Positions 62,976-64,000 of a stretch of 64,000 nt of DNA are shown piece after piece. Where the stretch lies: NCBI GenBank assembly GCA_963845755.1, contig CAWJTV010000005.1:384001-448000 (forward strand). The letters are read 5' to 3'. The DNA is from an uncultured Planctomycetota bacterium (GTDB taxonomy: Bacteria; Planctomycetota; Planctomycetia; Isosphaerales; Isosphaeraceae). How positions within the stretch are numbered: the first letter of the stretch is position 1; every line of letters starts with the position of its first letter. The notes beneath the pieces are model-generated. The model was not told the origin of the DNA and ran no database searches. It worked only from the letters and a program-made list of their open reading frames with translations. A program made the position numbers and the translations under genes.

Positions 62976-64000
62976 ATGAGAGCACTCTGCTGGCACGGCA
63001 AGTCGGACGTCCGCGTCGATACCGTCCCCGATCCCAAGATCGAGGACCCGCGCGACGTCATCGTGAAGATCACCTCCACCGCGATTTGCGGCTCCGATCT
63101 CCATCTATATGACGGCTACATGCCGACGATGGAGCCCGGGGATGTCCTCGGGCATGAACCGATGGGAGAGGTGGTCGAGGTCGGCTCCGCGATCACAGAA
63201 TTCCGGAACGGCGATCGGATCGTCGTCCCGTTCACGATCTCCTGCGGGGCCTGCTGGTTCTACGAGAATCAACTTTTCTCGTTGTGCGATAACTCGAACC
63301 CCAACGACGAGATGGCCCGCAAGGTGATGGGCCAGTCCCCCGCCGGCCTGCTCGGCTATTCGCACTTGCTCGGCGGATTCGCCGGAGGCCAGGCGGAGTA
63401 CCTCCGCGTCCCGTACGCCGACGTGGGTCCGATCAAGATCCCCGACGGCATTCCCGACGAGAAGGTCCTGTTCCTTTCCGATATCTTCCCGACCGGATAC
63501 ATGGGGGCCGAGAACGCCGGCATCGAAAAAGGTGATACCGTGGCCGTCTGGGGCTGCGGGCCGGTAGGCCAGTTCGCCATCCTCGAGCGCCTGGATGCTC
63601 GGGGCCGGGCGGGTCGTTGCCATCGACCGCGTCACGGAACGACTGGCGATGGCCGAGAAATATGGCAAGGTCGAGACGATCCACTTCGACAAGGAGAAGG
63701 TCTACGACCGACTGATGGAAATGACCAAGGGCCGCGGCCCCGATCGCTGCATCGACGCCGTCGGTGCCGAGGCCCACGGCACCGGTTCATGGGATGCCAT
63801 GCTCGACAAGGCGAAGACCTCGGTCGGGCTGGCCACCGACCGCGCGCACGTGCTCCGCGAAGCGATCCTGTGCTGCCGGAAGGGTGGGACCATCTCCATC
63901 CCCGGCGTTTACATCGGCTTTCCCGACAAGCTCCCGATGGGGGCCGCGATGAACAAGGGGCTGGCTTTCAAGATGGGCCAGACCCACGTTCCCAAGTATC
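62976..64000 (+). CDS. Zn-dependent alcohol/formaldehyde dehydrogenase (YbdR-like), partial, frameshift ~63583
   Basis: Own translation: [14 protein letters not shown]...[13 protein letters not shown]...LGHEPMGEV...ISCGACWFY...LSDIFPTG...VWGCGPVG. Confidence 0.9.
   Translation, partial: MRALCWHGKSDVRVDTVPDPKIEDPRDVIVKITSTAICGSDLHLYDGYMPTMEPGDVLGHEPMGEVVEVGSAITEFRNGDRIVVPFTISCGACWFYENQLFSLCDNSNPNDEMARKVMGQSPAGLLGYSHLLGGFAGGQAEYLRVPYADVGPIKIPDGIPDEKVLFLSDIFPTGYMGAENAGIEKGDTVAVWGCGPVGQFAILERLDARGRAGRCHRPRHGTTGDGREIWQGRDDPLRQGEGLRPTDGNDQGPRPRSLHRRRRCRGPRHRFMGCHARQGEDLGRAGHRPRARAPRSDPVLPEGWDHLHPRRLHRLSRQAPDGGRDEQGAGFQDGPDPRSQV

Overview
GC-rich bacterial window, very probably a planctomycete (inferred from the LExRxLL export motif, a DUF1501 remnant and Tat-tagged sugar enzymes). 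About 15 otherwise intact genes carry single-base indels, which points to long-read consensus errors. Left to right: (1) a partial ECF sigma factor divergent from a ~1950-aa beta-helix/MBG/Ig surface protein; (2) a minus-strand nitrate cluster: NarX/PilJ-type sensor kinase, FixJ-type regulator, a candidate sigma-54 promoter, a DmsB-DmsC fusion, a Mo nitrate reductase, a NirB-NirD fusion and NarK; (3) secreted and metabolic genes, including DUF1080-ThuA, ThuA, three Tat-signal sugar-acid dehydratases, an RraA-type aldolase and a GH53; (4) two complete IS elements, an IS4 inserted in a REP-like palindrome and a two-ORF DDE element that interrupts a uxuA-like gene; (5) a ~13-kb co-directional phage/ICE-like module (49.7-62.6 kb) with DUF1257, DUF2997, a Ycf46-like AAA+ ATPase, many small and Zn-finger proteins, a sigma-like gene with an internal TAG, a DUF3150-like protein and a beta-clamp-like protein, separated by G-U-rich hairpin spacers; (6) a partial Zn-dependent dehydrogenase. 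No tRNA, rRNA or CRISPR array was seen. All family calls come from motif recognition by eye, not from database searches.
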